Sequence record: MW650886.1
Strand: one strand, 5' to 3'
DNA: 64,000 nucleotides
DNA from: Escherichia phage vB_EcoM-ZQ1
A model generated the notes under the pieces. The model had not been told where the DNA came from. It made no database searches and saw only the letters and a list, made by a program, of their open reading frames with translations. Of this stretch, positions 9,037 to 19,215 are shown one piece after another. The position numbers were made by a program, and so were the translations under genes. The stretch's first letter is position 1. Each line of letters begins with the position of its first letter.

Positions 9037-11382
9037 TCAATCCTTCTTGATAACTTCAGTCAGGCCGTTTCGCAGGCCGTAGCGAATGTTGTGTTGGAAG
9101 TATTCCTGGAACTCCTGTTCGCGCTGGCTAATAACAAACAGGTTGTTCCCGCCGAACTTATGCTTCAACATCTCAACCGATTCCTGCACCCCGCGCTCGC
9201 TCATGTTCTCAAGGATCTCGTCCAGCACGAACAGGTTACATTGTACAGACGCCTTGAGGTTAGCCACATCGCGCAGAGCTAATGTCACAGCCAGGTTCAG
9301 ACGACTGCGCTGGCCAGTAGACAGGGAGAAGATACTCTGTCCTTTGCGGCCTGCTGCGCTCATGGTGATCTCAAAGGTATCGTCAACAACGATGTCCAGG
9401 AACATGTTGAGGGCTTCAAGATACTCGTTGATCTTGCTATTGAGGAATGGCAGATACAGGGCGATGATACGCGCCTTGGTCTGGTCATCTTTCAAGAAGA
9501 ACAGCAGGTGCTGTAAGTCCTGGAGTTCTTGGTCGGCATCCTCGCGGCGCTGGTATAGATCCTCCAGTTCACCTTCCAACGCAGCGATGGAGTTCTCCAG
9601 GTCGGTGGTAGGTGTTGGCTTTACAGCCAGTTTACGCTCCAGATCGGCAATAGACGCCACGAGAGGAGCACGACGGGCTTTCAGCTCGGCGATCTTATCA
9701 TCGACGGCTTTAATCCCGCTAACGGCATTCTCTCGCGTCTGTTGCAGCGACGCAGTGATGTCTTCAAAACGAACGTTCATTGCCTTACGGATGTCAAGGA
9801 TCTTCTGTTGGCATTCACGGTTCAGCGAATTACACTCAATCGTGGCGACATCATGAAAACCTTGAATATCACGGCGCAGCTGCTTGATGTTGTCAACGAT
9901 TTCGTCGGCCTGCTTGCGCATTGCATCAAGTTCAGCATCCAACACAGCAATGTCAGCAACCAGCTTGTCGTCCTGGGCTTTGTGGTCATCGATCAACACA
10001 GTGACTTCGGCGGTGACTTTATCCAGCTGGTCCAGCTTCGCCTGTAGATCCTGAATCCGAGGATTGTACTCGCTTTCAATGCGCGCCTTGGTATCGTCGG
10101 ACACCAGTTGGGTACATGTTGGGCAAGTCCCCATGTCGTGGAAGCGCTTGATGGCCGACTGATGCCCCTCCATTTCAGTCTGGAACTTGATACGGAAGTT
10201 CTCACCCTGCTGGCGGCGCTGAATAGCAGCGTTCAGGGTGTCCAGGTTTGTGTTGCGCTTGGTGAGCAGGGTGTTCTTGCGTTCGGCCACTGTAAAGGCG
10301 CGGTCACGCAAGACCTGAAGTTCATGCTCCGCAGTAGACACTTCGATGCGCTCATAATCATCGGCCTTTTCCTGAGCGGCATCCTTCACCGCCTGGATCT
10401 TGGCATCAAAGTCTTTCTTGACAGCCTCGATCTCTACCATGGATTCATCATGCAGGCGGCTTTCCACCGTCTTCATTTCCTGGGTGGCTTCAAACTCCAC
10501 AGCCGTGAGGCGGGTGCGCTCCTCATTCTGCGCGGCAATGTCAGCATCCAGGGAATTCAGGGCTTCCTGTTGCTGTACAAGGATATCGGCCGACTGCTGT
10601 TGGATCAGGGCGTTGGATTGCTCGATCTGCTGAAGCTGCGTCTTCTTGTTGGTGTGGTCAACAACCTTCAGTGCGCATTCGTTAGATATAGAGTCCAGAG
10701 TTGCATTTGTCCTTTTGATGGCGGCCTTGACATCTTCGTTCATCAGGCTGAAGAAGCCCAAGTCCCAGATAGTCTCCACCATGGCGCGGCGGTCGGCTGT
10801 GTACATCTCCGTGAACGGAATGAACTTCTCTTTACCCAACACCAGAGAGTTCTCAAACATCTTCTGGTCTACACCGATGAGGTTCACGATGTACTTGTTC
10901 ATGTCGGCTTTGGCTGCTTCGTTATCGATCTGCAACCACTTGCCGTCCACCATCTGGTAGACTTCAACAAAGTCAGGTTTAATGCCACGGCGAACCTTCC
11001 ATTCGCTACCACGGCAGGCAAACTCCACCTCACCCACACATTCCTTGCGGCTCTGTGAGTTAACCAGGCCTGCCTTCTTCTCCTTCTTGCTGTATGTGTC
11101 GTTGTACAGTACGAAAAACAGCAGCCATACCAGCATCGTGGATTTACCCGCGCCGTTGTCATCAGACGTGACAAGGGTGGCCGGGTTGCGCTGATAATCA
11201 ATCTCCATGAACTGATTGCCGATGGAGCGGAAGTTCTTGGCGCGGCCTTTGCGGAAGGTCAGTTTGTGTGTAACAACGTTACGCACTTCAAATGGGACTT
11301 CAACCTCGACCGGGGCGTCGGCTTCCTTCAAAAGATTACCAAATTTGGTCAAGATATCTGTGCTCTGAGTCATGTTATGCAT
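9037..11382 (-). CDS. 46: recombination endonuclease ATPase subunit, gp46 / SbcC-Rad50-like
   Basis: Walker A GAGKST at N-terminus, coiled-coil middle, LSTGQRSR signature and D-E Walker B at C-terminus. Confidence 0.8.
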   Translation of the reverse strand: MHNMTQSTDILTKFGNLLKEADAPVEVEVPFEVRNVVTHKLTFRKGRAKNFRSIGNQFMEIDYQRNPATLVTSDDNGAGKSTMLVWLLFFVLYNDTYSKKEKKAGLVNSQSRKECVGEVEFACRGSEWKVRRGIKPDFVEVYQMVDGKWLQIDNEAAKADMNKYIVNLIGVDQKMFENSLVLGKEKFIPFTEMYTADRRAMVETIWDLGFFSLMNEDVKAAIKRTNATLDSISNECALKVVDHTNKKTQLQQIEQSNALIQQQSADILVQQQEALNSLDADIAAQNEERTRLTAVEFEATQEMKTVESRLHDESMVEIEAVKKDFDAKIQAVKDAAQEKADDYERIEVSTAEHELQVLRDRAFTVAERKNTLLTKRNTNLDTLNAAIQRRQQGENFRIKFQTEMEGHQSAIKRFHDMGTCPTCTQLVSDDTKARIESEYNPRIQDLQAKLDQLDKVTAEVTVLIDDHKAQDDKLVADIAVLDAELDAMRKQADEIVDNIKQLRRDIQGFHDVATIECNSLNRECQQKILDIRKAMNVRFEDITASLQQTRENAVSGIKAVDDKIAELKARRAPLVASIADLERKLAVKPTPTTDLENSIAALEGELEDLYQRREDADQELQDLQHLLFFLKDDQTKARIIALYLPFLNSKINEYLEALNMFLDIVVDDTFEITMSAAGRKGQSIFSLSTGQRSRLNLAVTLALRDVANLKASVQCNLFVLDEILENMSERGVQESVEMLKHKFGGNNLFVISQREQEFQEYFQHNIRYGLRNGLTEVIKKD

Positions 11383-12490
11383 CCAGTTTGTTCAGGCGTT
11401 GTTGGGCAGCATTATAGAAGTGCTCTGCCAGTTTACAGACATTGTCGGGGCGCTGAATGTTGTTCCCTGCGCGGATATCCTTCTTCAGGACTTCCACCGC
11501 ATCGGTCGCCACCATCTCTTCGGTGACCTCAACCTTCTCGGCAGCAACAGTAATCGTCCGGTCGATGAAGTTGTAGTCGATACACTTGCAGCGCTTCATG
11601 GCATCACAGAACTTTTCATAATGCTTAGCATTGTCGCGGTTCTGTACAATAACCTTAACGATTTGCCCTTCAATACCCAAGCCTGTGTTCAACCATTCCG
11701 GGTCGATCCAATTACCTTCTTCATCAGAGGACAACTTGGTGTAATCATATTCCACATAGCGGAACAGCGTCTGGTGCTCGGCGTTCGGGATAAAGATCTC
11801 ACCACCACGCATGTCGTCTACATAGAAGCCACGGTTAGTGCCGTCTTTGTAGTCTTCCCAGTTCAGGTGATATGGAGTCCCAATATATTGAATGTTACCT
11901 TCCATCGAACGGGTATGGAAATGCCCCGTGTCGACCCTGGTAAACTTGGAAAGCAGAGCAACGTCGATCTGACCGTGATCACAAGTAGAAGACTGGTACA
12001 TTTTGAACCCCGCCAGCTCCAGATGCGCAAAACAGTACTCGGCGTCTGTATCTTGTATCGCTTTAATAGACGCATCATAGTTCTCCTTGTTGATCCAAGG
12101 TAGCAGTAGAGTCTTGACACCCTCGATCATCACTTCGGTCGGTTCGCTGTAATAGCAGTACACATCCGGGTCGAGTTCGTTCAGGTAGGATGGCCAGTTG
12201 ATGCGGTTGGACTCTTCCAGGGTGATGTCATGGTTGCCCACGATGCCATTCCACTTGATACCAGCCGCTTTCAATGCAGGGGTGAGTTCATCCTTCAGCC
12301 AGTCTTTGTCACGACCGTACATGAATTTGCGGACATCAAACGTATCACCGAACTGCCAGACCTCTTTGATATCAGAGTCGGCAAGTTCAGGAATGAAATA
12401 ATTGATGAGATAGTTCTTGATGAAGTCGCGAACGTATCGAGAACCATTACGGCTCCCGATATGCAGATCACCAATTTTAGCAATCGCCAT
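11375..12490 (-). CDS. 47: recombination nuclease subunit, gp47 / SbcD-Mre11-like
   Basis: calcineurin-like phosphoesterase motifs (GDLH, GNHD); overlaps gp46 gene. Confidence 0.8.
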   Translation of the reverse strand: MAIAKIGDLHIGSRNGSRYVRDFIKNYLINYFIPELADSDIKEVWQFGDTFDVRKFMYGRDKDWLKDELTPALKAAGIKWNGIVGNHDITLEESNRINWPSYLNELDPDVYCYYSEPTEVMIEGVKTLLLPWINKENYDASIKAIQDTDAEYCFAHLELAGFKMYQSSTCDHGQIDVALLSKFTRVDTGHFHTRSMEGNIQYIGTPYHLNWEDYKDGTNRGFYVDDMRGGEIFIPNAEHQTLFRYVEYDYTKLSSDEEGNWIDPEWLNTGLGIEGQIVKVIVQNRDNAKHYEKFCDAMKRCKCIDYNFIDRTITVAAEKVEVTEEMVATDAVEVLKKDIRAGNNIQRPDNVCKLAEHFYNAAQQRLNKLDA

Positions 12491-13218
12491 TATTCTGTTT
12501 CTCCTTCGGTTTCGTCTAGGCCGAATTGGGTATTGCCGAAGTCCTGATCTAAATTTTCTTCGGCCTGCGCTGGTGTCGTATTCTTAGCCTGCGCCATGTA
12601 TTGAAGTATACCTTTCGCAATCTTTTTATTCGATTCTGCGAGACGAGCTGCCTCCACCTTCTCTCGTTCCTTCTGCCTTTGAGCGTCCTTTTTGTTCTCA
12701 AAGTTGCCGATACGTTCACGGAAGTCCATGCCAATTCCTGTAGCATCAACAAAGATCTCTTGTTGGAAGTCGGGGTCATCTGCCAGGCCTGCGAACCCAC
12801 CCGCCTCTTCAAATGAGCGCAATTTAATGTACGTGTGCTCTTCTTCGATGTTCAGTTTACGAGCAAATGAGCGATCAGCACACATGGTCACCCAAGAAAA
12901 GAAGTTGATCTTCCCTTTCTTACCGATGTGGTCGACGTCAAAGGTGTGGAGGTAACGCAGGATGTTGACGATTGCTTCAGAGACCATGTCTTCACGGAAG
13001 GGATAATCGCGATAGTTGTAGCGGGTACTCATCTTGGTGATGATGCGCTGGACCTGCAGAGCAACATAGTTGGGGATCTTTGGAAGCCTGGTGCCCTCAG
13101 CAAGTGCTTTCTTGCGGGCGGGGATCCAATCACGAAGGATACTAATGACACGCTCGTTGTCTTCGTCCGTGAAATATTTGACGACATTCTCCCCTCTGTC
13201 CACGAAGTTCATTCCCAT
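12490..13218 (-). CDS. 55: late-transcription sigma factor, gp55-like
   Basis: region-2-like segment (ILRDW ... YLHTFD) matching T4 gp55 pattern. Confidence 0.65.
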   Translation of the reverse strand: MGMNFVDRGENVVKYFTDEDNERVISILRDWIPARKKALAEGTRLPKIPNYVALQVQRIITKMSTRYNYRDYPFREDMVSEAIVNILRYLHTFDVDHIGKKGKINFFSWVTMCADRSFARKLNIEEEHTYIKLRSFEEAGGFAGLADDPDFQQEIFVDATGIGMDFRERIGNFENKKDAQRQKEREKVEAARLAESNKKIAKGILQYMAQAKNTTPAQAEENLDQDFGNTQFGLDETEGETE

Positions 13219-13229
13219 TATGATAGCCC

Positions 13230-13757
13230 TCAGATACCGATAAATTCATCAAAAGATCCAACAACCTTCTTCACCGAGATCTTGTCATTCTCAATCAGGA
13301 AGTTGCTGTCGTTTTTGGCTGCTGTAGCCCAGTCATCGGCAAGTTCGTTGCCTTCGTGCCCCGCATGACCCTTAACCCATTTTAGTTCAACATCACAAAT
13401 TGAACAAACGAGATCATAGATTCTGAACAGATCTTTGATGAGTTCAACGTTCTTTTCTGGGAAACCCTGATACTCCCACTTCGTTCGCCATTCAGTGACA
13501 CTCTTGATGGCATATTGACTGTCAGACCAAATTGTTGCCTTTGGTATTCTGCGCTCACCCTTTCCTGAGAATGCCCACAGTAGCTTCAATGCGTTGGTCA
13601 CACCCAACAACTCGGCGATATTGTTAGTGGACGGGGGAGGTAGATGACCGAAGAACACCTTCCATTGCATACCCGTTATTGGCCTGATGACAAATGCCCA
13701 GCCTGCGGCCTGGTTGGTCTTCGGGTTAGAACCCCCGTCAGAATAAATTTCTATCAT
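13230..13757 (-). CDS. rnhA: ribonuclease HI (bacterial type)
   Basis: YSDGGS ... TNN.AEL ... WSDSQY ... WVKGHAGHEGNELAD motifs. Confidence 0.8.
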   Translation of the reverse strand: MIEIYSDGGSNPKTNQAAGWAFVIRPITGMQWKVFFGHLPPPSTNNIAELLGVTNALKLLWAFSGKGERRIPKATIWSDSQYAIKSVTEWRTKWEYQGFPEKNVELIKDLFRIYDLVCSICDVELKWVKGHAGHEGNELADDWATAAKNDSNFLIENDKISVKKVVGSFDEFIGI

Positions 13758-13758
13758 G

Positions 13759-13766
13759 ATATAAAT
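13759..13766 (+). promoter_or_regulatory. T4-type late promoter TATAAATA
   Basis: exact TATAAATA on plus strand ~37 bp upstream of ATG 13803. Confidence 0.5.
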
Positions 13767-13802
13767 ATCCCAAACTGGTTTTATAGAAAGAGGAATGAAA
13801 CT

Positions 13803-14570
13803 ATGGCACCCCGCGCATATCGTTTCAGTCTCACCGCCCCGCAGATTGAGCAATTGCTCCTCTCTATCTATGATGCTATCAAGTCAGAAGATATCATCTA
13901 TGATTATGCTGCAGGTGGGACTGCTGGACAAGTCGCAGCAGCGTCTGCTGTCAAGAACATGTGGTTGAAGCTCAACGAGATGGTGACAGGCCAAGGTCTC
14001 AAAGATGCCATCAACGATGCAGAAGACAGCAACGTGTTCACCGACTATTATAAGTCTTTACTGGATCGCGAAGGCTGGAAATTTATTGGATCGCCAGCAG
14101 ATGAACTTCAGCGAGGCGACATCGATACCTCGAACTTCAAAGGTGGTGAGGTCATTCTACTTCAGAAGAACGCTTCGGGCAACCCAGAATTCCAATACTG
14201 GAAGCGAACCCCTGTTGCTGGGGGTGATCCTACCTTTGCATGGGCTTCGGTCTATGAAGGGAACTCCAATGATTCCAGCATAGAGATTCCCGTGGTTGGC
14301 ACCAGCGTACTCAAGGACATCCCCAAGGCACTCTTCCATATGATCGAGTTCAGAGTACATGTCTACGATGAGACACTGGGTCATTGGCAAGACACCGACG
14401 GGAAGGTAGGGTATCGTGGCGAGGATCTGATCTACAGTGTCTACAACCATATTCAGACCAAACCTCTCGCCACCATTGACTTCAGCCAAGATACGGACAA
14501 TATGACGGTTTCTGTGACGTCGTTGGAACCGAATGTCAAGTGCCGTCTGTCCTTCGTTGCGGGTTACTAA
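13803..14570 (+). CDS. hypothetical late protein (255 aa)
   Basis: plus-strand ORF from internal ATG with AGAGGAA RBS and upstream TATAAATA. Confidence 0.5.
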   Translation: MAPRAYRFSLTAPQIEQLLLSIYDAIKSEDIIYDYAAGGTAGQVAAASAVKNMWLKLNEMVTGQGLKDAINDAEDSNVFTDYYKSLLDREGWKFIGSPADELQRGDIDTSNFKGGEVILLQKNASGNPEFQYWKRTPVAGGDPTFAWASVYEGNSNDSSIEIPVVGTSVLKDIPKALFHMIEFRVHVYDETLGHWQDTDGKVGYRGEDLIYSVYNHIQTKPLATIDFSQDTDNMTVSVTSLEPNVKCRLSFVAGY

Positions 14571-16285
14571 ACCTCAAACACGGCATCAGTGAACCAAGCG
14601 GGGAAGAACTCTGGGTTGCGCATCATCAGTGATTCAAAAGAAGAATCAAGGATGTACGTCGCAGCCCAGTCATTCACGCCCCTGACCGAACGCCCACACA
14701 TCTGAACGATACGCAGTACCGCCATCCTGAAGTACGCCGATGGGTCCACACTGTTGACGTGGGCCACCAGAGGATCACCAAGGTAATCGTATGGCACCTT
14801 GATCAAGATCTGAAATCGACTATAATCGCCTTTGAAGTCATACCCCTCTTCCATGGCCGGACTGGCGATGACACAAGGCGTCTTCGTCCTGAACGCGTGT
14901 TCCATGATGTCCATCAGAGCCTTACGAGTACGAGGAACGTGAATCATATTCCGGTACTTACTGAACTTTTGTAGAGCCAGGGCGCGGTCATAACTGACTG
15001 TGTGAATGATGCCAGACTGTCCAGGGTGGAACGCGATAATTTCATCCACGTATTCAGCCAGCTTCTTCATCTCGTAGTCACCCATGTTCGCTGTCATCTT
15101 CATGATGGGCATGTAGTTGACTTTCCGGTTCTCAATCGGGATAGGGTTGCCGATCTGTATCTTGTGGTACTCACCCTCGCGGATACCCAGTGACCGGGCG
15201 TACGAGTCAATCCCACAAATGGTAGCCGACATGTGAACGTGGTAGTCACCCTTGCGGAACAGGCCGAACTGGGATACATCAGAGGCGATGACAGGCTTGA
15301 ACTGAATCATACCCTTGTCCTTCTCCTGTACGATGAAAGTGCTGGCGTTGGTCTGCCCCATGATACCGCAGTAGTCACTGAGGTTGTGAAGAGTATCAAT
15401 AATATCAGACAGCTTCATCACCTGGGCTTCAGTCAGGCGCTCGTCCTCTACCAGTTCCTCAAGAGTTTCCAACAGGGCTTCAACCTTGCCGTGCAGTTCA
15501 TCAAATATCGCATGCATCTCACCAGACAGGGAATACAGCTTGCCCAATTCATAGTTCTCTGTGCGGATGATGATATCCTTGATGGTCTCCACGATAGACA
15601 CTCCCTCGGGGATCGTAAGCAACCCTTCCACAGCCTTTATGTTGTATTCCATGATAGTATGCTCTAGGAGCGTAGAGGGCATTTTATGACACTCGTCAAG
15701 GATCAGCATATCGGCGCGGTTTTCCGGCTTCATACAGATCGTCGTGCACATCTCCACCATCATGGCGGCGTTGGTGCAGCGCAGGGAGGAGACGTCGGTC
15801 CACTGTCGACGCGCCTGAACATATGGGCAACGATTCTTACTACAGTGGCCATCACGGCATGCCATACGGCACTGAATGGCGTTGTAGTATAGGTCGGGAC
15901 TGATGTGGCAACGATAGTTCTTCTTGCCCTTCAGGATGTCTATCGCCACGGCTTTCTCTGCTGCATACTGATCCTGTAAACCTTTGGTCGGCGTCGTGAT
16001 AGACGTGCGGAACTGACCATACGGGTTGTGCTCAAGAACCAAATGGCGAAGCACGTTATGGATGGTAGTGCCGATGAGGGATTTACCTACACCAGTCGGA
16101 GCCTCGATGATCACGTGTTTGAATTTCTTATTCACAAGGGCATCAATGGCTTCAACGATGCATTCCATCTGGCCGGGGTTGGCGGTGTCATACGGGAAGA
16201 ACTCAGTGGCAAGAGACTTGATGCGGTCTATGCTGACTGGTCCGACGCCGTCAAGCGCCTTGGTATATTGGTTGAATGCTGTCAC
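14567..16285 (-). CDS. SF2 DNA helicase with Cys-rich Fe-S-like insert (DinG/XPD-like)
   Basis: Walker A PTGVGKS, DECH box, four-Cys cluster between motifs I and II. Confidence 0.65.
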   Translation of the reverse strand: MTAFNQYTKALDGVGPVSIDRIKSLATEFFPYDTANPGQMECIVEAIDALVNKKFKHVIIEAPTGVGKSLIGTTIHNVLRHLVLEHNPYGQFRTSITTPTKGLQDQYAAEKAVAIDILKGKKNYRCHISPDLYYNAIQCRMACRDGHCSKNRCPYVQARRQWTDVSSLRCTNAAMMVEMCTTICMKPENRADMLILDECHKMPSTLLEHTIMEYNIKAVEGLLTIPEGVSIVETIKDIIIRTENYELGKLYSLSGEMHAIFDELHGKVEALLETLEELVEDERLTEAQVMKLSDIIDTLHNLSDYCGIMGQTNASTFIVQEKDKGMIQFKPVIASDVSQFGLFRKGDYHVHMSATICGIDSYARSLGIREGEYHKIQIGNPIPIENRKVNYMPIMKMTANMGDYEMKKLAEYVDEIIAFHPGQSGIIHTVSYDRALALQKFSKYRNMIHVPRTRKALMDIMEHAFRTKTPCVIASPAMEEGYDFKGDYSRFQILIKVPYDYLGDPLVAHVNSVDPSAYFRMAVLRIVQMCGRSVRGVNDWAATYILDSSFESLMMRNPEFFPAWFTDAVFEV

Positions 16286-16414
16286 TTTCTTCCTCCTATG
16301 GGATTCGCCTATAGTTTACCCGATCCCCAAGAACGAAAAAGCCGGAGCATTGTACTCCGGCTTTCTCTTTTGCCATGCCCTGTAATGCAGAGCCTGGCCG
16401 CGCGTCAGATAGAA

Positions 16415-16693
16415 TTACTTGCCGTTGGCAGCGTTCTTCAGACCTTCGCCCACTTTGAATTTCACAACGTTTTTCGCCGCGATCTGAATGGTCTGGCCAT
16501 TCAGAGGGTTGCGACCTTCACGCGCTTCTTGGTGTTTCACTTCGAACGCACCGAAGCCGACCAGCTGTACAGATGCGCCTGCAGCAACTGCAGTTTTAAC
16601 ACCGTCGATAAAGGATGCCACTACTTTCTCCGCTTCGCCTTTGGTGATGTTCTGGGTCGAAGCAATGTGGGCAACAAATTCAGTACGATTCAT
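16415..16693 (-). CDS. HU-like histone-like DNA-binding protein
   Basis: near-canonical HU sequence (VQLVGFG.F.V ... R.GRNP..G ... I.I.A). Confidence 0.9.
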   Translation of the reverse strand: MNRTEFVAHIASTQNITKGEAEKVVASFIDGVKTAVAAGASVQLVGFGAFEVKHQEAREGRNPLNGQTIQIAAKNVVKFKVGEGLKNAANGK

Positions 16694-16818
16694 CTGGATT
16701 TCTCCGTTGAGTTAATGTTTACTTTCATGTTCACTACAAGAGGACTACATCTTACCTAACAAAACATATTGAATAAAGCGAAATTATTAGCCTTTCACCA
16801 CGATTACAGTCTTTGTGC

Positions 16819-17259
16819 TCATATTTGCTCCGTTTGTTTCTCAACGCCCAGTGCGGCGGCATAGATACCACGAGCCATGCGATCATCACAAAATCCATGC
16901 GTGAATAATCCAGCAATGGCATCAAGGCGTTCCTGTGTTGGTGTGACAGGCACAGACACCGTTTGAACTTCAGTCTTTTCGGTGCCTTCCGGCTTCATCA
17001 AGACCTCCATTTCTTGACGGCTAACAATAATGGTTTCTACCTTATCTTCATCGATCAACATTTCGTTCAGAAGATCGTATCCCAACACTTGTGTATCGCC
17101 GATATATGTCTTCGCGTTCAGTTGTGCTTCGATACTTAACACCCTCTGAGCTGTAAGACCACCAGAGGAGAACGGTACTGGATAGAAGGCGGAACGCACT
17201 TGGGCACACCCATTTACGCTGTAACGAACCAGCAAGACATCACACCATACGCCAGCCAT
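16819..17259 (-). CDS. hypothetical protein (146 aa)
   Basis: ORF. Confidence 0.45.
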   Translation of the reverse strand: MAGVWCDVLLVRYSVNGCAQVRSAFYPVPFSSGGLTAQRVLSIEAQLNAKTYIGDTQVLGYDLLNEMLIDEDKVETIIVSRQEMEVLMKPEGTEKTEVQTVSVPVTPTQERLDAIAGLFTHGFCDDRMARGIYAAALGVEKQTEQI

Positions 17260-17260
17260 A

Positions 17261-17923
17261 TTACACCTCCACCGCGTGAGACTTCAGGAGTTCATCAATC
17301 TCTTTCTGTCCCATGTATGAGAACGGGGTGCGCTGGTAGAACGCCCAGAGTACTAACTGGACAACAGCACGGGAACGGGTTTCGGCCGTCATCACCAGGC
17401 CACTGAAATGAGGAGACTCAGCTGTCCATTGTATATCTTCGCCCAGGTCTTGATTACAGGTCACCGAGATGCGGAACTTGTTGCACAGATTGTCGACTTC
17501 TTTGTACGCATCGGTAGACACACGAAGTTGTTCCGCATGTACCCACGGAGTTGTGATGATTCTTTCACCCAACGTCTTTTCTGAAACGAACCAATCAATA
17601 GATTGGGTAAACTCGCTGAAATGGTCGATACGATAAATGCAGTCTCCCCCTTCCATAGAACGCATGGCATGATAGCGAGCGTCGATTTCGTTGTTGTGCA
17701 TCGCGTTGAAGTCGATGAACACGCGACGCGCCAGCACAACATCTTCTGGTTGAAGTGCCAGGAAATCGTTCAGGCGGCTATAATGGAGGATATTGGAACC
17801 GTCGTGGCCACGTGTGCAATATGCGTAATGGCTACCGATACGGGCGTGGGCAATATAAGACAACGGGGCGAAGAATAATCCGTCAGGATCAGGACCGACG
17901 ATAATAGAATAAAGTTTTTCCAT
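17261..17923 (-). CDS. hypothetical protein (220 aa)
   Basis: internal ATG 17923 preceded by conserved ...GACTATATC-ATG leader. Confidence 0.5.
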   Translation of the reverse strand: MEKLYSIIVGPDPDGLFFAPLSYIAHARIGSHYAYCTRGHDGSNILHYSRLNDFLALQPEDVVLARRVFIDFNAMHNNEIDARYHAMRSMEGGDCIYRIDHFSEFTQSIDWFVSEKTLGERIITTPWVHAEQLRVSTDAYKEVDNLCNKFRISVTCNQDLGEDIQWTAESPHFSGLVMTAETRSRAVVQLVLWAFYQRTPFSYMGQKEIDELLKSHAVEV

Positions 17924-17979
17924 GATATAGTCACTCAAATGAAAGGGCAGCTTTATGATAAGCCGCCCGAGGTTATTGA

Positions 17980-18849
17980 TTATTGGAAATCGCCAACATA
18001 CATGTTCAGCTTGTCGTCCCAATTCAGAACGACACGGATCGTTCCGGTATCTTCTGGGAAGGTCAGTTTGTCGCACATGGCGCGATTAACATAAGTCCCA
18101 CTCTGGTTCACGTTGTAGTCCTTGCCTTGCATGATACCGAAACGCTTGAAGTCGCGAGTGACCATCATGTTCAGAGTTGTCCAAGGGATTGCATCGCGCA
18201 GGGCTTTGCACAGGACGATCTTGCCATCCGACCTGAACGACACAAACAGCTCGTTGGCGACACGACGGCGAGTAGGCGGTTCAAGTTCACGCAGGGAAAT
18301 GAATTGTGAATTCTTTACCTTTTCTGCCAGCGCCTGTACTTCTGTTGGATCCGGCTTGAACGGCTCCACTGAAGAGTCAGACTTCATCACAACGTCACCC
18401 TTGCGCTTCTCAACCAATTGCTCCACAGCCTTTTGACTCACGGGCGGGAGGTATTTGGACTCAGGAACAACCGCTGGCTTGATGACAGGGCTTGCATCTG
18501 GTTTCGCCTTTGGGGTACTCCGAGCCGCACGCAGCTTTTCCTGGGCTTCCAGAATGCGCTCTTGACGAGAAAGTGGAGCCTTTGGGGTGATCTTCGTACT
18601 GAAGTCAGAAACGCCGACCCAGTCACCCTGGTCATTACGCTTGGCGACCAGAGTCAGTTTGTGAATGATACCCTGAAGTTTGCTCTCACGTAAGTTGTCG
18701 GCATACCAGAACTTCGCGCCCATCTCGAACTTCTCGGCGAAGATCACGCGAGCGTCTTCGTGTACCAACATAACTTTGGCTGCGTTGGGGGCAAAAGCCT
18801 TATTCTTTTCGATAATCGCCGCAGCGATTGTTTTGGTCAGGAGCATCAC
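17980..18849 (-). CDS. hypothetical protein (289 aa)
   Basis: ORF. Confidence 0.5.
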   Translation of the reverse strand: MMLLTKTIAAAIIEKNKAFAPNAAKVMLVHEDARVIFAEKFEMGAKFWYADNLRESKLQGIIHKLTLVAKRNDQGDWVGVSDFSTKITPKAPLSRQERILEAQEKLRAARSTPKAKPDASPVIKPAVVPESKYLPPVSQKAVEQLVEKRKGDVVMKSDSSVEPFKPDPTEVQALAEKVKNSQFISLRELEPPTRRRVANELFVSFRSDGKIVLCKALRDAIPWTTLNMMVTRDFKRFGIMQGKDYNVNQSGTYVNRAMCDKLTFPEDTGTIRVVLNWDDKLNMYVGDFQ

Positions 18850-18885
18850 GGTGTATTCCTTCAGTTCACAATGTAGGGCTAAATT

Positions 18886-19215
18886 TTAACCCGAAACTTT
18901 ATTTTGAAATCCGACAAAGTCCTGGGCAATCCCCCGGCAATACATCAGGTCTTTCTTCGTTTGTGGACTGTTGTCAGCCGCAGTCAGCATCATGGGAAGG
19001 TCCAGCGCATTCTCTATCTGATCAACACTGAACAGATCAAGGCGCTTCAGCTCTCCCTCGAAGTCAGACAGTAGGATAGATGTGTCTTTGTCATCTGGGT
19101 GGAACTGCTGATACGTCTCCATCCATGCCACACATGTGTTCAGTTTGGACGGTGGCGCGGCGTTTACACACCCGGCTATCAGTACCAACAAGAGCAGGAT
19201 TTTACATTTCATCAC
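18886..19215 (-). CDS. putative lipoprotein / secreted protein (109 aa)
   Basis: signal peptide with lipobox-like LIAGC. Confidence 0.45.
   Translation of the reverse strand: MMKCKILLLLVLIAGCVNAAPPSKLNTCVAWMETYQQFHPDDKDTSILLSDFEGELKRLDLFSVDQIENALDLPMMLTAADNSPQTKKDLMYCRGIAQDFVGFQNKVSG

Noticed and set aside
10108-11058. 316-aa plus-strand ORF
   Set aside because: Lies entirely antisense within the gp46/SbcC-like gene, which has clear ATPase motifs.
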